Positions 29,896 through 41,043 of a stretch of 64,000 nt of DNA are shown here, piece by piece. The stretch is from Nostoc sp. DedVER02 (GTDB lineage: Bacteria; Cyanobacteriota; Cyanobacteriia; Cyanobacteriales; Nostocaceae). The stretch is taken from the NCBI RefSeq assembly GCF_034530675.2, contig NZ_JAVRCP020000024.1, forward strand, positions 10,690 through 74,689, given 5' to 3'. Made by a program: the position numbers and the translations under genes. Each line of letters starts with the position of its first letter. Within the stretch, counting starts at the first letter, position 1. A model generated the notes under the pieces. It saw only the letters and a program-made list of their open reading frames with translations. It was not told the origin of the DNA and did not search any database.

Positions 29896-30753
29896 GGTTA
29901 TTTGCTCCTCTGTAACCTCATCAATTTAGTGGTATCAAGTCTAGATATTAAGACCTATAGCCATTTCACACTGCTAATCAATTAGCAATACTGATGAATT
30001 CTGGTCTATGATACATTACAAGTCAATTGTTGGAGATAATAAACCCAAAATCAACCCACCCCATAATACTAACATTATCACCAGTCACAAATCAATTCCC
30101 CAGAGTATTATCACTATATCATTTAAAAAAAATCACACCTATTTTTTGTTAAAAGTCGCATATTTTTAGACACAATTATCTTTAGTTAAATTATCTACTT
30201 TAGTTATCGAAAAAATGAAATATTTACCAAGGCAACTATTTTATAATCTAAGTTGCTAACAGCCAATACAAATATAATTTAGAACTATTAAATTATCCAA
30301 ATAAAATTTTAATACCCTGCTTTTACTTCAATATACTTTTAATCAAGTAGAATTAATTCAAGATAAAATATCTATTTTTACCTATATTTTTTATTAGAGA
30401 ATCAAGTAGGGTACATAGCGAGCAATCGTTGAAGCTCAAAGAAAGGATTTCTCCCAATCAAAAACAGCTTTCTTCACGAGTTCGGTTAAATACTTGTATT
30501 CAGGATTAGGATGATGAAAACCCATGTATCTGTGACAATTGTACTTGTGTCATACTGCACGCAGACATCTACATTGAATACAGTATTATTAATTTGATTG
30601 CTTGTAAACATTTTTTAACCTACAAATGGTAACAACAGTTACATTAGCATCAAGGATCGTACTTAACTAGACAGTAACAACTGCGATCGCTAAAGCACAT
30701 ACAGATGTGCGTCCATGAAAATAACAAGGTTCAAGAGTTACGTACATTCATTT

Positions 30754-30948
30754 TCAAAAAGTCGAAAACTTTGCCTTGAATCTATTTGCATCAGCCTCAG
30801 TATGGTGTTTTTCTAGTACTTGCGTGTACCCTTGAGCTACTATCTCTTGGACATCTACGATTACACAGCCTACTGGTAGATTTGCTAAACATTCCGGCAA
30901 AGCTTTTCTACTTTGGGCTAAAGCAGCCAGCACAAACATTTTTTCCAT
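30754..30948 (-). pseudogene. Remnant of a CMP/dCMP-type nucleoside (or tRNA adenosine) deaminase, N-terminal fragment only
   Basis: MEKMFVLAALAQSRKA...LPVGCVIVDVQEIVAQGYT...HHTEAD follows the deaminase N-terminal pattern through the H(A)E zinc motif, then stops. Confidence 0.35.
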
Positions 30949-31019
30949 GTTTTAGCGTAAATTCTCTAGATAAATTACATTAGCAAAAATTAGTTATCTT
31001 TAGAAAAAAAATGCCTATA

Positions 31020-31436
31020 TCAAAATTTAGTAACTGTCACACTAATACCAGAATCGAGTTTAGGAACTTTAAGATACTCAATTGGCTCACTACTTTGAGA
31101 ACTTGGAGTATTTGTTGGCTTCTGACATTCCTTAAAGAAAGCACCGGGATTATTGATGAATTCAAGCGGGTTAATCTTTTGGCATCCTTGCTCCTGTACT
31201 AACGAAATTGATTCAGCAGTTTGTTGAGAATTATTAGTCTGTCCCGTAAAATTGCTCCATGTAGTGGTAATTGTCGCTGGTTCCGTCAATAAAACTCCAG
31301 CCTGATTGCGATCGTGAAACCGCTCCTTCAGAGTATCGGCTGATGTTATCGGAACATTTTCTTGGTTAGCATAGACACTCTCATGAAAAATGATTGCGCT
31401 AATCATAAAGAATAAGGTGATAGAAAATGATTTCAT
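31020..31436 (-). CDS. Hypothetical secreted protein
   Basis: 138 aa with a signal-peptide-like N-terminus (MKSFSITLFFMISAIIFHESVYA). No family recognised. Confidence 0.4.
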   Translation of the reverse strand: MKSFSITLFFMISAIIFHESVYANQENVPITSADTLKERFHDRNQAGVLLTEPATITTTWSNFTGQTNNSQQTAESISLVQEQGCQKINPLEFINNPGAFFKECQKPTNTPSSQSSEPIEYLKVPKLDSGISVTVTKF

Positions 31437-32843
31437 AATTCAATCTTTCAACACTTAATGTCACTTCAAAAACTACAATTTGCTAGATAAGGCAACCAAA
31501 AAATAGCAGCGTAGTTTGGGTACTTCAGGTTAACACAAGTTATAAGAAATATAGCTAAACTTAATTAAAAGTATAGCAAACTCAAGCCAGATGGCGACTT
31601 TAGTCTGGGAGAAGGCAGTTAAGCAATCCATACTCTAAGCATGTCGGAATTTAATACTCACTTGTTATCTCCTTGCCAAATACCCGTATTTATTAATACC
31701 TTTATGTAGTGTTACTTAGAAAAAAACCTGTAAAAATTTATTGTTGATACAAAACAATATGCAGAGAGAAGTTCAAGTGTTGAGTTCCAGCACCAGAATT
31801 TCACAAAGAGCGAAGGGAAGGGGATCGTAGCTCAGTTTATCTTTCTTTACATAATTTGGTTTTATTGTCCCAACTTACTTACTAGCCGTTTATCTATCCT
31901 GCGTGTTACTATACGCTTACATAGATAGCACAACATATATAGTGTCATAAAGTTTTGGAAGGAGTATTTTGTGTATATTGCCAAATAAAAACAAGCCAAT
32001 TGCAAGTTTAAGGGTAAACCTAGAATACGGGATATAAACCCAAGAATTGGAACTTTACTGGATTAAAAATTTATACTGCAACCGATATCAGAAAAAATCT
32101 TTAACCAGTCTTAGAAAATTAAACTGAGTACAAGCTATTACAACCTTGACACTCAAATCACATAACTTTATAACCTTAGTATTTTCAGTACCTATCATTT
32201 CCAAAATTTATCATTATTTAGATAAAAAACTAATTCTTTCTGAAAGCTTTTAAACTTATATAGATATTCATCCAGTCTTTAAAGGTGGCTGCTTTTACTC
32301 TAAAAATTATATCTATGAACTAATTAAATTATTTAGACGGCAGGCAGCACAATTGCTATATTCCTTACTCTTAAGGTAGTAATTCCTCTTGCTTTTTCAA
32401 GGTTAATGAACGGGTAGCAAATCTACTAGCAAGTTGTATGAATTTTTTGTAAAGTTATGCAATTCAGTGTTCTCACATAATATGATGTTGATTGTTATAT
32501 TACTAACGAATGTTTGCATCAGTACTAACAAAAAGTTAAAATTTGCAAAAAAAGCAAAGTTAACAAAAAATCGAAAGTGAATAAATCAGAAGAAACTTGT
32601 GAGTTATTCTTTTTTACGATCATGATAATATCAAGCAACTTGACTAAAAATTCGGCTGCTCAATTTATATAGGTTAGTCCATTGCTTTTTGAACAACCTT
32701 AATCAAAGGACGTTAGTTGACAATTAATGCAACTTAAGTATTGCTATCTCCATTAGATTAAAGTCCTGCTCACCAATAAAATACTGAAAAATAGAAATAT
32801 TTTCTGTAAGTAAATAAACTTTTTTATTGAATCTGTATATATT

Positions 32844-35048
32844 ATGGCAATGGAATCTTTACCACAATTTGAAGAAGTAAATATTCAGAAATACTTAGAA
32901 GTTGTTCAACGGCGTTGGCTACCTCTAGTCGGAATCTTTAGTATCGCTGTTACTCTTGGATGCTTGTATGCATTTTCGCTAAAACCCTTCTACAAAGCAG
33001 AAGGGAGTTTGATGATTAAAACAAATCGATCTTCCTCACTAACAGGCTTACCCGAAGATATAGGACGACTGGAAGCTTTGAATATCAATGACAATCCTCT
33101 GGAAACTCAAGTGAGAGTTATTGGCTCAAATCCAGTGATTGACAAAACAATTAAATCCCTCAACCTCAAAGATAATAAAGGTAAATCGCTATCGATTCGT
33201 GACTTGGCAAGCCAACTAAAAATAGAAGGAATTAAAGGCACTGATGTTGTACAAATTTCTTATAAAGGTAGTAATCCTGAATTAGCTGCTAAAATCGTCA
33301 ATGAAGTTATCAAAAATTATATCGATTTAAATATCCAGGCTAATCAGGATGAAGCACGGACAGCCAAAGGGGTTCTCGTAACAGAAGTACCCAAAGCCGA
33401 GGAAGTTGTCAGAAGAGCCGAATCAAAACTGCGGGTATTTAAAGAACAGAATAAAGTTGTTGTTTTGGGACAAGAAGCAGCCGCAGCAGTTGATACAATA
33501 TCTAAGCTAGGAAACCAAATTTCTCAAGCTCAAGCTCAACTAGATGATGTCAAAGGTCGTTTAGAACAGTTAGGTAGTGAAGCTCAGTTAGATTCACGTC
33601 AAGGTGTAATCGCATCTGACTTGAGCCAAGCACCTGGAGTTCAGAAAGTGCTTATCCAACTTCAAGAAACAGAAAGTCAACTAGCAATAGAACGGACTCG
33701 TTTTTCCCCTGAACACCCTACAATTACTAACTTAGAAGATAAAGTTGTAGCTCTTAAGAATTTACTAAAAGAGCGGACAGGACAAGTCGCTGGGAAAGCA
33801 CCAGTATCAGAAGGAAGTTTACAGATTGGACAACTACGCCAAAACTTAATTGCAGATATTACTCGCGCTCAAGCAGAACGTGTTGGTCTAGAAAGACAAA
33901 TATCTACCCTTCTGCGACAGCAAGATGCTTACATCAAACGAGCAAATAATTTACCAAGACTAGAACAGACTCAACGAGAGCTAGAACGGAAACTGCAAGC
34001 GGCTCAAACAACTTACGAAACACTCTTAAAGAAACGCCAAGAAATTGATATTGTACAGAACCAAAAAATTCCTAATGCTCGTGTCATTTCTTTAGCTTTA
34101 GTCCCTGATAAAGCAGAAGGGCCTCGCAAAATCCTGTTTCTTGTTGGTGGAGGAGCAGTTGGTCTTTTCTTGGGTATCATTGTTGCCTTTAGCTTAGACT
34201 TGATAGACCGTTCAGTGAAGACAGTTAAAGAGGCTAAAGAAGTCTTGAGATACACTGTTTTAGGAGTGATTCCTGCACAAAGTAAAAATAGTAAAACTCA
34301 TTCTTCCATAGGAGGAATTGATAGACCTATTCCCAAAATTATTGGCAGAGATATTCCTTATTTTCCTCTTGGTAACGCCTACCAAATACTCCAAGTAAAC
34401 TTAAAATTTCTCTGTTCTGATAAACCGCTCAAAAGCATTGTAATCACAAGTTCCGTTGCCAAAGAAGGAAAGTCTGACGTATCTGCAAATTTAGCTGTGA
34501 CTATGGCTCAAGCGGGTCGTCGAGTCTTGTTGGTGGATGCAGATATGCGTAATCCCATACAGCATCATATCTGGGGACTCAACAATACAGTTGGACTAAG
34601 TAATGTAGTCGTTGGGCAAGTTTCTTTAGATACGGTTACTCAAGAAGTGATGCCTAATCTAGAAGTTTTAACATCTGGAGTTTTGCCCCCCAATCCAGTA
34701 GCACTACTAGATTCTCAACGGATGGCAACATTGATAAGTAACTTTGGCAGGGATTACGATCTAGTTATTTTTGATACGCCACCTTTGTCAGGAATAGCAG
34801 ATGCCGCTGTTTTAAGCACACTAACTGACGGTATCCTATTGGTCGTTCGTCCTGGAGTCGTTGATTTGAACAGTGCCAATTCAGCTAAAGAATTTTTAAA
34901 TCAGTCAGGTCAAAAGGTATTAGGGATAGTTATTAATGGTGTAAATATTAAAAATGAGTCTCATAATTATTTACCTGAAAGCAAAAAGCCACAAATTGAA
35001 CAAGATTTAGTATCTAGCAGTTTAACAAAATTTTCCAAAGATCGTTAA
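32844..35048 (+). CDS. Wzc-like polysaccharide co-polymerase / BY-kinase (GumC-type)
   Basis: N-terminal Wzz-like domain with a TM, a long coiled coil and a second TM. C-terminal P-loop kinase motifs are AKEGKSDVSANLA, VLLVDADMRNP and VIFDTPP. No C-terminal tyrosine cluster. Confidence 0.8.
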   Translation: MAMESLPQFEEVNIQKYLEVVQRRWLPLVGIFSIAVTLGCLYAFSLKPFYKAEGSLMIKTNRSSSLTGLPEDIGRLEALNINDNPLETQVRVIGSNPVIDKTIKSLNLKDNKGKSLSIRDLASQLKIEGIKGTDVVQISYKGSNPELAAKIVNEVIKNYIDLNIQANQDEARTAKGVLVTEVPKAEEVVRRAESKLRVFKEQNKVVVLGQEAAAAVDTISKLGNQISQAQAQLDDVKGRLEQLGSEAQLDSRQGVIASDLSQAPGVQKVLIQLQETESQLAIERTRFSPEHPTITNLEDKVVALKNLLKERTGQVAGKAPVSEGSLQIGQLRQNLIADITRAQAERVGLERQISTLLRQQDAYIKRANNLPRLEQTQRELERKLQAAQTTYETLLKKRQEIDIVQNQKIPNARVISLALVPDKAEGPRKILFLVGGGAVGLFLGIIVAFSLDLIDRSVKTVKEAKEVLRYTVLGVIPAQSKNSKTHSSIGGIDRPIPKIIGRDIPYFPLGNAYQILQVNLKFLCSDKPLKSIVITSSVAKEGKSDVSANLAVTMAQAGRRVLLVDADMRNPIQHHIWGLNNTVGLSNVVVGQVSLDTVTQEVMPNLEVLTSGVLPPNPVALLDSQRMATLISNFGRDYDLVIFDTPPLSGIADAAVLSTLTDGILLVVRPGVVDLNSANSAKEFLNQSGQKVLGIVINGVNIKNESHNYLPESKKPQIEQDLVSSSLTKFSKDR

Positions 35049-35100
35049 TCGTAATAAATGGCAAAGTTGAATTTTTATTCTGGAGGCATTTTGATTTTAT

Positions 35101-36057
35101 ATGGATAAAAACAAAATAAGAACATCTTGTTTAATTAATAACTACAATTACGCTGAATTTATTTCAGAGGCAATTGATAGTGCTTTAAATCAAACGGTTA
35201 AATTTGATGAAATTATTGTTGTTGATGACGCATCCACAGATAACTCTGCGGAACTTATCGCTAAATTTACTCAAGCAGATAATATTAAATGTATCTTCAA
35301 AGAAAAAAATCAAGGACAATTATCATCCTTTAACGAAGGTTTTTTAGCCGCCACTGGAGAAATTTTATTTTTTTTAGATGCTGATGATATTTACGAACCT
35401 CAATATTTAGAAACTGCCCTAAGTTTTTATAAGAGACGTAGTGAATGTGACTTCCTCTTTTGTGCATATAAGAAATTTGGGGCAATAGAAGGAATATTTC
35501 AAACTGATAGAGTTGATGTAGATTTGGGTTATTCAGTAATCAGAACTTTATGCAATGGTGAATGGATTGGTTCAATAACTTCAACATTGTCAATGCGTCG
35601 AGAAATAATCAGTAAATTTTTACCTATTCCAAATACAGAAGATTGGCGTGTAAGGGCTGATGACTGTCTGGTATGGGGAGCCTCTTTGGTAGGGGCTAAA
35701 AAGTTTTATATGTCTAGTCCTTTAGTGATGTACAGAATACATCAAAATAATCATTATCATAATAAGAAATTTTTAGATATAGACAAAAACTATGAATACA
35801 AAAGATTTTTGAAACGAAATTCTTTATTTAATTACATCATTCAAAAGAATTATTTTAGTTTACCATTATTGTTGGCATTTAAATCTCTTGATGAGCTAAA
35901 AACAATACCATGCCCAAAAGTTCCAGATTTTATTTCATATTTAAAAATAATATTTTTATTCGAACGTAGTTTTTATTGGAAAACAAAGGGCATTATTTTA
36001 TTATTTAACTACTTTTTAAAAACTTTTATAGCTGGCAAACTAAAAAATGTTAGCTAA
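35101..36057 (+). CDS. Family 2 glycosyltransferase
   Basis: NNYNYAEFISEAIDSALNQT, VVDDASTDNS and LDADD. Confidence 0.75.
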   Translation: MDKNKIRTSCLINNYNYAEFISEAIDSALNQTVKFDEIIVVDDASTDNSAELIAKFTQADNIKCIFKEKNQGQLSSFNEGFLAATGEILFFLDADDIYEPQYLETALSFYKRRSECDFLFCAYKKFGAIEGIFQTDRVDVDLGYSVIRTLCNGEWIGSITSTLSMRREIISKFLPIPNTEDWRVRADDCLVWGASLVGAKKFYMSSPLVMYRIHQNNHYHNKKFLDIDKNYEYKRFLKRNSLFNYIIQKNYFSLPLLLAFKSLDELKTIPCPKVPDFISYLKIIFLFERSFYWKTKGIILLFNYFLKTFIAGKLKNVS

Positions 36058-36160
36058 TGATTTTAGAAAATCTGGACTAAATTAATCAAAATAGATTAGT
36101 TTAGTAAACTAGCAAAAAATTGCATATTGATGGAGAGTTTCACATGGTTAAGAAAGGATA

Positions 36161-37483
36161 ATGCTAAGTAAATTAAATTTTAAAAGCTTATCACAATTAA
36201 AATCTCGTTCTGGGCTGCGGGCAATTATTGCCAATACAGGTTGGTTGTTTGCTGACCGTATTCTTCGTATGGGTGCAAGCTTGGTAGTAGGAGTATGGGT
36301 AGCACGCTATTTAGGAGTACAGCAGTATGGTCTTTTTAACTATGTTTTAGCCTTTGTTAGCTTATTTAGTCCGATTTTTACTCTCGGACTAGACGACGTA
36401 GTAATTCGCCATATTGTCCGTCAATCATCAAACAAAGAGGAAATTTTAGGAACCACTTTTTGGTTAAAGTTTCTAGGTGGAATTGCTTCTGTCTTATTAG
36501 CGGTTGGTAGTATGTTCTTCTTAGGTGAGCATGAAACACTGAAAATATGGCTAGTTGCAATTTTAGGAATGGCAGGAATTTTCAGGGCGGCTGATACCAT
36601 AGAACTGTGGTTTCAATCACAGGTGCAATCGAAATACAGTGTAATCGCTAAGAATATAGCCTTTCTGCTCAATACTATTATCAAAATAGGACTAATTTTA
36701 ACAAAAGCACCATTGTTAGCTTTTGCTTGGGTAACATTAGCAGAATTTGTCATGAGCGCAATCGGCTTGCTGATTGTTTACCAAATCAGAGGAGCTTCGA
36801 TATTGTTATGGCGTTGGAGTTTTAATGCTGCTAAAACTCTTTTAAAAGAGAGTTTACCTCTCATTTTTTCGGGGTTCGCCATCATGATTTTTATGAGAAT
36901 CGATCAGGTAATGTTAGGTCAAATGATCGGAGATAGCGAAGTTGGAATTTATTCTGCTGCTGTCAGAGTTTCTGAAATTTGGTATTTTATTCCGGCCGCC
37001 ATTGTCTCTTCAGTAGCTCCTTCAATTTACGCAGCTAAGGAAAAATCAGAAAGTCTTTATTATCAGCGTATAGGACAATTACTACGTCTCCTGACATGTA
37101 TATCTTTTGCAATTGCTCTGCCAATGACATTTTTATCTGACAAGATAATTATGCTGATGTTTGGAAGTGGATATGCAGAAGCAGGCCCAATATTAGCAGT
37201 TCATATTTGGACTTCTTTGTTTGTATTTATGGGTCTTGCGACATCACCGTGGTTTATCGCTGAAAGTTTGAACCATGTTTCTTTAGGAAAAACTTTATTT
37301 GGGGCAATACTAAATATTATTCTTAATTTCTTGTTTATTCCTAAATATGGAGGTTTTGGGGCTGCGATCGCAACCATAATATCTCAAGCTTCTGCTGCTT
37401 TTATATGCAATGCATTTGATAAAAGAACACAAAAAATATTTAACATTCAGGTGCGATCGCTACTTCTTTTTTATAAAGTTTAA
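36161..37483 (+). CDS. Wzx-type oligosaccharide flippase (MOP superfamily)
   Basis: 440 aa with about 12 TM segments and a typical polysaccharide-biosynthesis-protein layout. Confidence 0.75.
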   Translation: MLSKLNFKSLSQLKSRSGLRAIIANTGWLFADRILRMGASLVVGVWVARYLGVQQYGLFNYVLAFVSLFSPIFTLGLDDVVIRHIVRQSSNKEEILGTTFWLKFLGGIASVLLAVGSMFFLGEHETLKIWLVAILGMAGIFRAADTIELWFQSQVQSKYSVIAKNIAFLLNTIIKIGLILTKAPLLAFAWVTLAEFVMSAIGLLIVYQIRGASILLWRWSFNAAKTLLKESLPLIFSGFAIMIFMRIDQVMLGQMIGDSEVGIYSAAVRVSEIWYFIPAAIVSSVAPSIYAAKEKSESLYYQRIGQLLRLLTCISFAIALPMTFLSDKIIMLMFGSGYAEAGPILAVHIWTSLFVFMGLATSPWFIAESLNHVSLGKTLFGAILNIILNFLFIPKYGGFGAAIATIISQASAAFICNAFDKRTQKIFNIQVRSLLLFYKV

Positions 37484-37534
37484 TTGTTATCTTTAACCTT
37501 TGTCTCCCAATGAAATTAGCCAAATTAATCAAAA

Positions 37535-38461
37535 ATGCAAACACCAGTAACTCTTATTATTTTTAATCGGTTACAAAAAACAGAGAAAGTTTTTCAAGCT
37601 ATTCGCCAAGCCAAGCCAAAAAAACTTTTTGTCATTGCAGATGGCCCCCGTAGCCACCGTGAAGGTGAGGCGGAAAAATGCGAAGAAACTAGGGCAATTA
37701 TTGAAAAAGTTGATTGGGGATGTGAAGTTATTAAGAACTATTCTGATATCAACTTAGGTTGCGCGAAACGAGTATCTAGTGGCTTAGATTGGGTATTTAA
37801 TAATGTTGAAGAGACAATTATCTTAGAAGATGATTGTATTCCTCACCCGACTTTTTTCAGATTTAGTGAAGAATTACTGGAAAAATATAGACATGATACT
37901 AGAATCGCTACGATATCTGCCCAAAATGTTCAATTTGGACGAAAACGCACAAATTACAGTTATTATTTTTCTCGCTATAACCACTGTTGGGGTTGGGCAA
38001 GTTGGAGGCGTGCTTGGCAACATTACGATTTGACTATCAAACTCTGGAAGGAAGTAGAAGCAGAAAACCTTTTACATGATATTCTTATCGATCCGAAAGC
38101 AGTAAACTATTGGCGACGAGTATTTCGGTCTGTTTATAACAATCCTACAGGTATAACCTGGGATTATCAATGGACATTTGCTTGCTGGATGCAGGGTAGT
38201 TTAAGCATTATTCCCAATGTTAATTTAATTTCTAATGTTGGTGTTGGTGCAGACGCGACTCATTTTAATTCTAAGCAAGAATTTTCATTTATTAACATGT
38301 CGATGGAAGCAATGGAATTTCCCTTAAAGCATCCACCATTTATTGTGAGAAATATAGAAGCAGATATTTTTACACAAAAAACCGTTTATAAAGCAACTGC
38401 ATTAGATATTTTTAAAGAAGAATTGAAGAAAAAATTAAATTACTCAGCATTGAAAAAATAG
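37535..38461 (+). CDS. Putative GT-A-fold glycosyltransferase
   Basis: The N-terminal beta-alpha-beta (VTLIIFNR...LFVIADGP) and EDDCIP motif resemble GT-A enzymes. The family is not firmly recognised. Confidence 0.4.
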   Translation: MQTPVTLIIFNRLQKTEKVFQAIRQAKPKKLFVIADGPRSHREGEAEKCEETRAIIEKVDWGCEVIKNYSDINLGCAKRVSSGLDWVFNNVEETIILEDDCIPHPTFFRFSEELLEKYRHDTRIATISAQNVQFGRKRTNYSYYFSRYNHCWGWASWRRAWQHYDLTIKLWKEVEAENLLHDILIDPKAVNYWRRVFRSVYNNPTGITWDYQWTFACWMQGSLSIIPNVNLISNVGVGADATHFNSKQEFSFINMSMEAMEFPLKHPPFIVRNIEADIFTQKTVYKATALDIFKEELKKKLNYSALKK

Positions 38462-38480
38462 TAACTAATCTAGGAAATTC

Positions 38481-39767
38481 ATGACCAATGAAATGTCAGA
38501 AACTAAGGTAAAGTTAACAGAAAAAATATTAACTATCTTACTATTACTCATTACTGTAGGGGCATTGACCATACATCCTGCACAAGATATCTCTATATCT
38601 ACTCTTGGAGGTGATAAGCTAGATACTATATTCAATATAGTTTCATATTTAATTCTATTTTATTTTCTACTTTTATACTGGAAAGGCTTTCTTTATGTAA
38701 TTACTAGAAGCCCATTACAGTTTCTTTTATTAACAATAGTTGCATTTTCTATTTTGTGGTCAGGAGACTTAGGTTCAAGTCTTACTTATATGAGAGGTTT
38801 AATCAGACTATATTTTCTGGCAATCTATTTGGCAATGCGTTATTCTCTCCGCGAACAAATGAGACTAATCGCTTGGGCCCTTGGTGCATCTGCATTATTA
38901 TCAATGCTATTTTCTGCATTTATACCTGGTTATATTCACAAATCGCCTGAATTAGTAGATATGTGGAGCGGAATCTATGGTCATAAAAATGAATTAGGAT
39001 ACATGATGGCTTGGAGTGCAGGAGTTTTTTTGCACCTTGCTCTTAGTAGCAATCGATATCGTTGGTTGATGTGGGGAATCTGTGGGATATCTGTATCTCT
39101 AATTATCCTTTCGCGTTCAACAACATCTTTAACAATTCTATTAACAATGATCTTACTTTTACCGATTTATAAATCTTTTCAAAAAACTAATTATAAATTA
39201 CAAGTTATTATGATTACTTCAGCATTAATGTTACTAATTGTTGGTGTAACAATACTTGTTAACAATGCTGATACTGTCGTTGGTACTTCTGGGAAAGACC
39301 TTACCTTTAATGGACGTTCCGATCTCTGGGAGCTAGTGATGTCCAAGATTTGGGAAAGACCCTGGCTAGGTTATGGATTTTCTGGGTTTTGGACTAGTAC
39401 TGATGCATCTAATTTAAGAGCTACTTATGATTGGGCAAGTAATGCCCACAATGGTTTTTTAGAACTATTGTTAGAATTAGGGTTTTTAGGTTTTTTGACT
39501 TTCGCGGCAGGGTTTATCCGGTTCTTTATAATGGCATTTACTCGAATTATTTCTATTGCTAAAAAACCTGAAGATTATTGGCCAATGCAGATGCTAATTA
39601 TCATTGTAATAGTTAATTTTTCAGAAGCTAGGTTATTAACTCCCAGTTGGAATTGGTTAATGTATGTCACTACTTCGTTATCTTTGACTCTGGAATATCA
39701 ACGAAATCATAAGAATATTTTAGTTAGTAATTACGCAGTGAAAGATAATGAAAGTTTTACATCTTAG
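38481..39767 (+). CDS. Wzy-type polymerase / O-antigen ligase family membrane protein
   Basis: Multi-TM with the AHNGFLELLLELGFLG loop typical of the O-antigen ligase/Wzy_C family. Confidence 0.7.
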   Translation: MTNEMSETKVKLTEKILTILLLLITVGALTIHPAQDISISTLGGDKLDTIFNIVSYLILFYFLLLYWKGFLYVITRSPLQFLLLTIVAFSILWSGDLGSSLTYMRGLIRLYFLAIYLAMRYSLREQMRLIAWALGASALLSMLFSAFIPGYIHKSPELVDMWSGIYGHKNELGYMMAWSAGVFLHLALSSNRYRWLMWGICGISVSLIILSRSTTSLTILLTMILLLPIYKSFQKTNYKLQVIMITSALMLLIVGVTILVNNADTVVGTSGKDLTFNGRSDLWELVMSKIWERPWLGYGFSGFWTSTDASNLRATYDWASNAHNGFLELLLELGFLGFLTFAAGFIRFFIMAFTRIISIAKKPEDYWPMQMLIIIVIVNFSEARLLTPSWNWLMYVTTSLSLTLEYQRNHKNILVSNYAVKDNESFTS

Positions 39768-41019
39768 TACTCAGGATATTGGTGGAGGTGCTGCAAGGGC
39801 TGCATATCGCTTGCACACAGGTTTGCAAGATATAGGGCTACAGTCACAAATGCTAGTTCAAGAAAAATCTAGTAATGATAAAACAGTAATTGCCCCGAAG
39901 CTTAGGCTATTTCAAGGCATTGCTAAAGCTAAAATCACATTTGAAAGCCTACCATTAAAGCTTTATCCTCAAAAGAAACCTACTCCATTTTTTATTCAAT
40001 GGTTGCCAGATAGAGTTATCCCTAAAGTTGCCCAGATTAATCCAGATATAATCAACTTGCATTGGATTAGCGCAGCTTTCATACAAATAGAAACGTTACC
40101 TAAATTGAAGCGTCCTTTAGTTTGGACTCTCCATGATATGTGGGGTTTTACTGGAGGATGCCACGTTATTGGAGAATGCGATCGCTACAAAATATCTTGT
40201 GGAGCTTGCCCCCAACTCAACAGTAGTAATGAATGGGATTTATCCCGTTGGGTATGGCGGCGCAAAGTAAAAGCTTGGAAAAATCTTAACTTAACTCTGG
40301 TTTCCCCAAGTTCTTGGTTAGCAGAGTGCGCTCGTTCTAGTTCTTTGTTCCAGAATTTGCGAATCGAGGTGATTCCTCACGGATTAGATACCCAAAAATA
40401 TCGACCTATTAATCAACATTTTGCACGAGAAACACTGAAGTTACCTCAAGATAAGAAGCTAATTCTCTTTGGAGCAATAGAAGCAACAAGCGATCGCAAT
40501 AAAGGATTTCATTTGTTGCAGCCAGCTTTACAAGGATTGAGCAAATCTGGGGGTAACAAGGATTTTGAAGTAGTGATCTTTGGGGCATCTCAACCTGAAA
40601 ATCCGCCTGATTTAGGATTCAAAACATACTATTTAGGGCATTTATATGATGATATCTCTTTAGCAACTGTTTACTCAGCAGCTGATGTGATGCTTGTACC
40701 GTCTCTGCAAGAATCTTTTGGACAAACAGCTTCTGAATCTCTTGCTTGCGGTACTCCAGTCGTTGCATTTAATTCTACTGGTTTAAAAGATATTGTCGAT
40801 CATCAGGAAAACGGCTATTTAGCTAACCCTTATGAAGTTGACGATTTCGCCAAAGGAATTGCCTGGGTACTTGAAAATGAGCAGAGGTTAGAAAAATTGT
40901 CATTCTATGCTCGCAAAAAAGCAGAACAAGAATTTACTCTGGAACTCCAAGCACGTCGCTATTCAGCTTTGTTCCAGGAAATATTGATGATAACAAAGAA
41001 ATCTTCATTTAGTAACTAA
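39748..41019 (+). CDS. Family 4 (GT-B) glycosyltransferase
   Basis: VPSLQESFGQTASESLACGTPVV (E-x7-E region). Overlaps the upstream gene by 20 nt. Confidence 0.75.
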   Translation: MKVLHLSTQDIGGGAARAAYRLHTGLQDIGLQSQMLVQEKSSNDKTVIAPKLRLFQGIAKAKITFESLPLKLYPQKKPTPFFIQWLPDRVIPKVAQINPDIINLHWISAAFIQIETLPKLKRPLVWTLHDMWGFTGGCHVIGECDRYKISCGACPQLNSSNEWDLSRWVWRRKVKAWKNLNLTLVSPSSWLAECARSSSLFQNLRIEVIPHGLDTQKYRPINQHFARETLKLPQDKKLILFGAIEATSDRNKGFHLLQPALQGLSKSGGNKDFEVVIFGASQPENPPDLGFKTYYLGHLYDDISLATVYSAADVMLVPSLQESFGQTASESLACGTPVVAFNSTGLKDIVDHQENGYLANPYEVDDFAKGIAWVLENEQRLEKLSFYARKKAEQEFTLELQARRYSALFQEILMITKKSSFSN

Positions 41020-41043
41020 CTTAGTAAATCAATACTTCATAAT

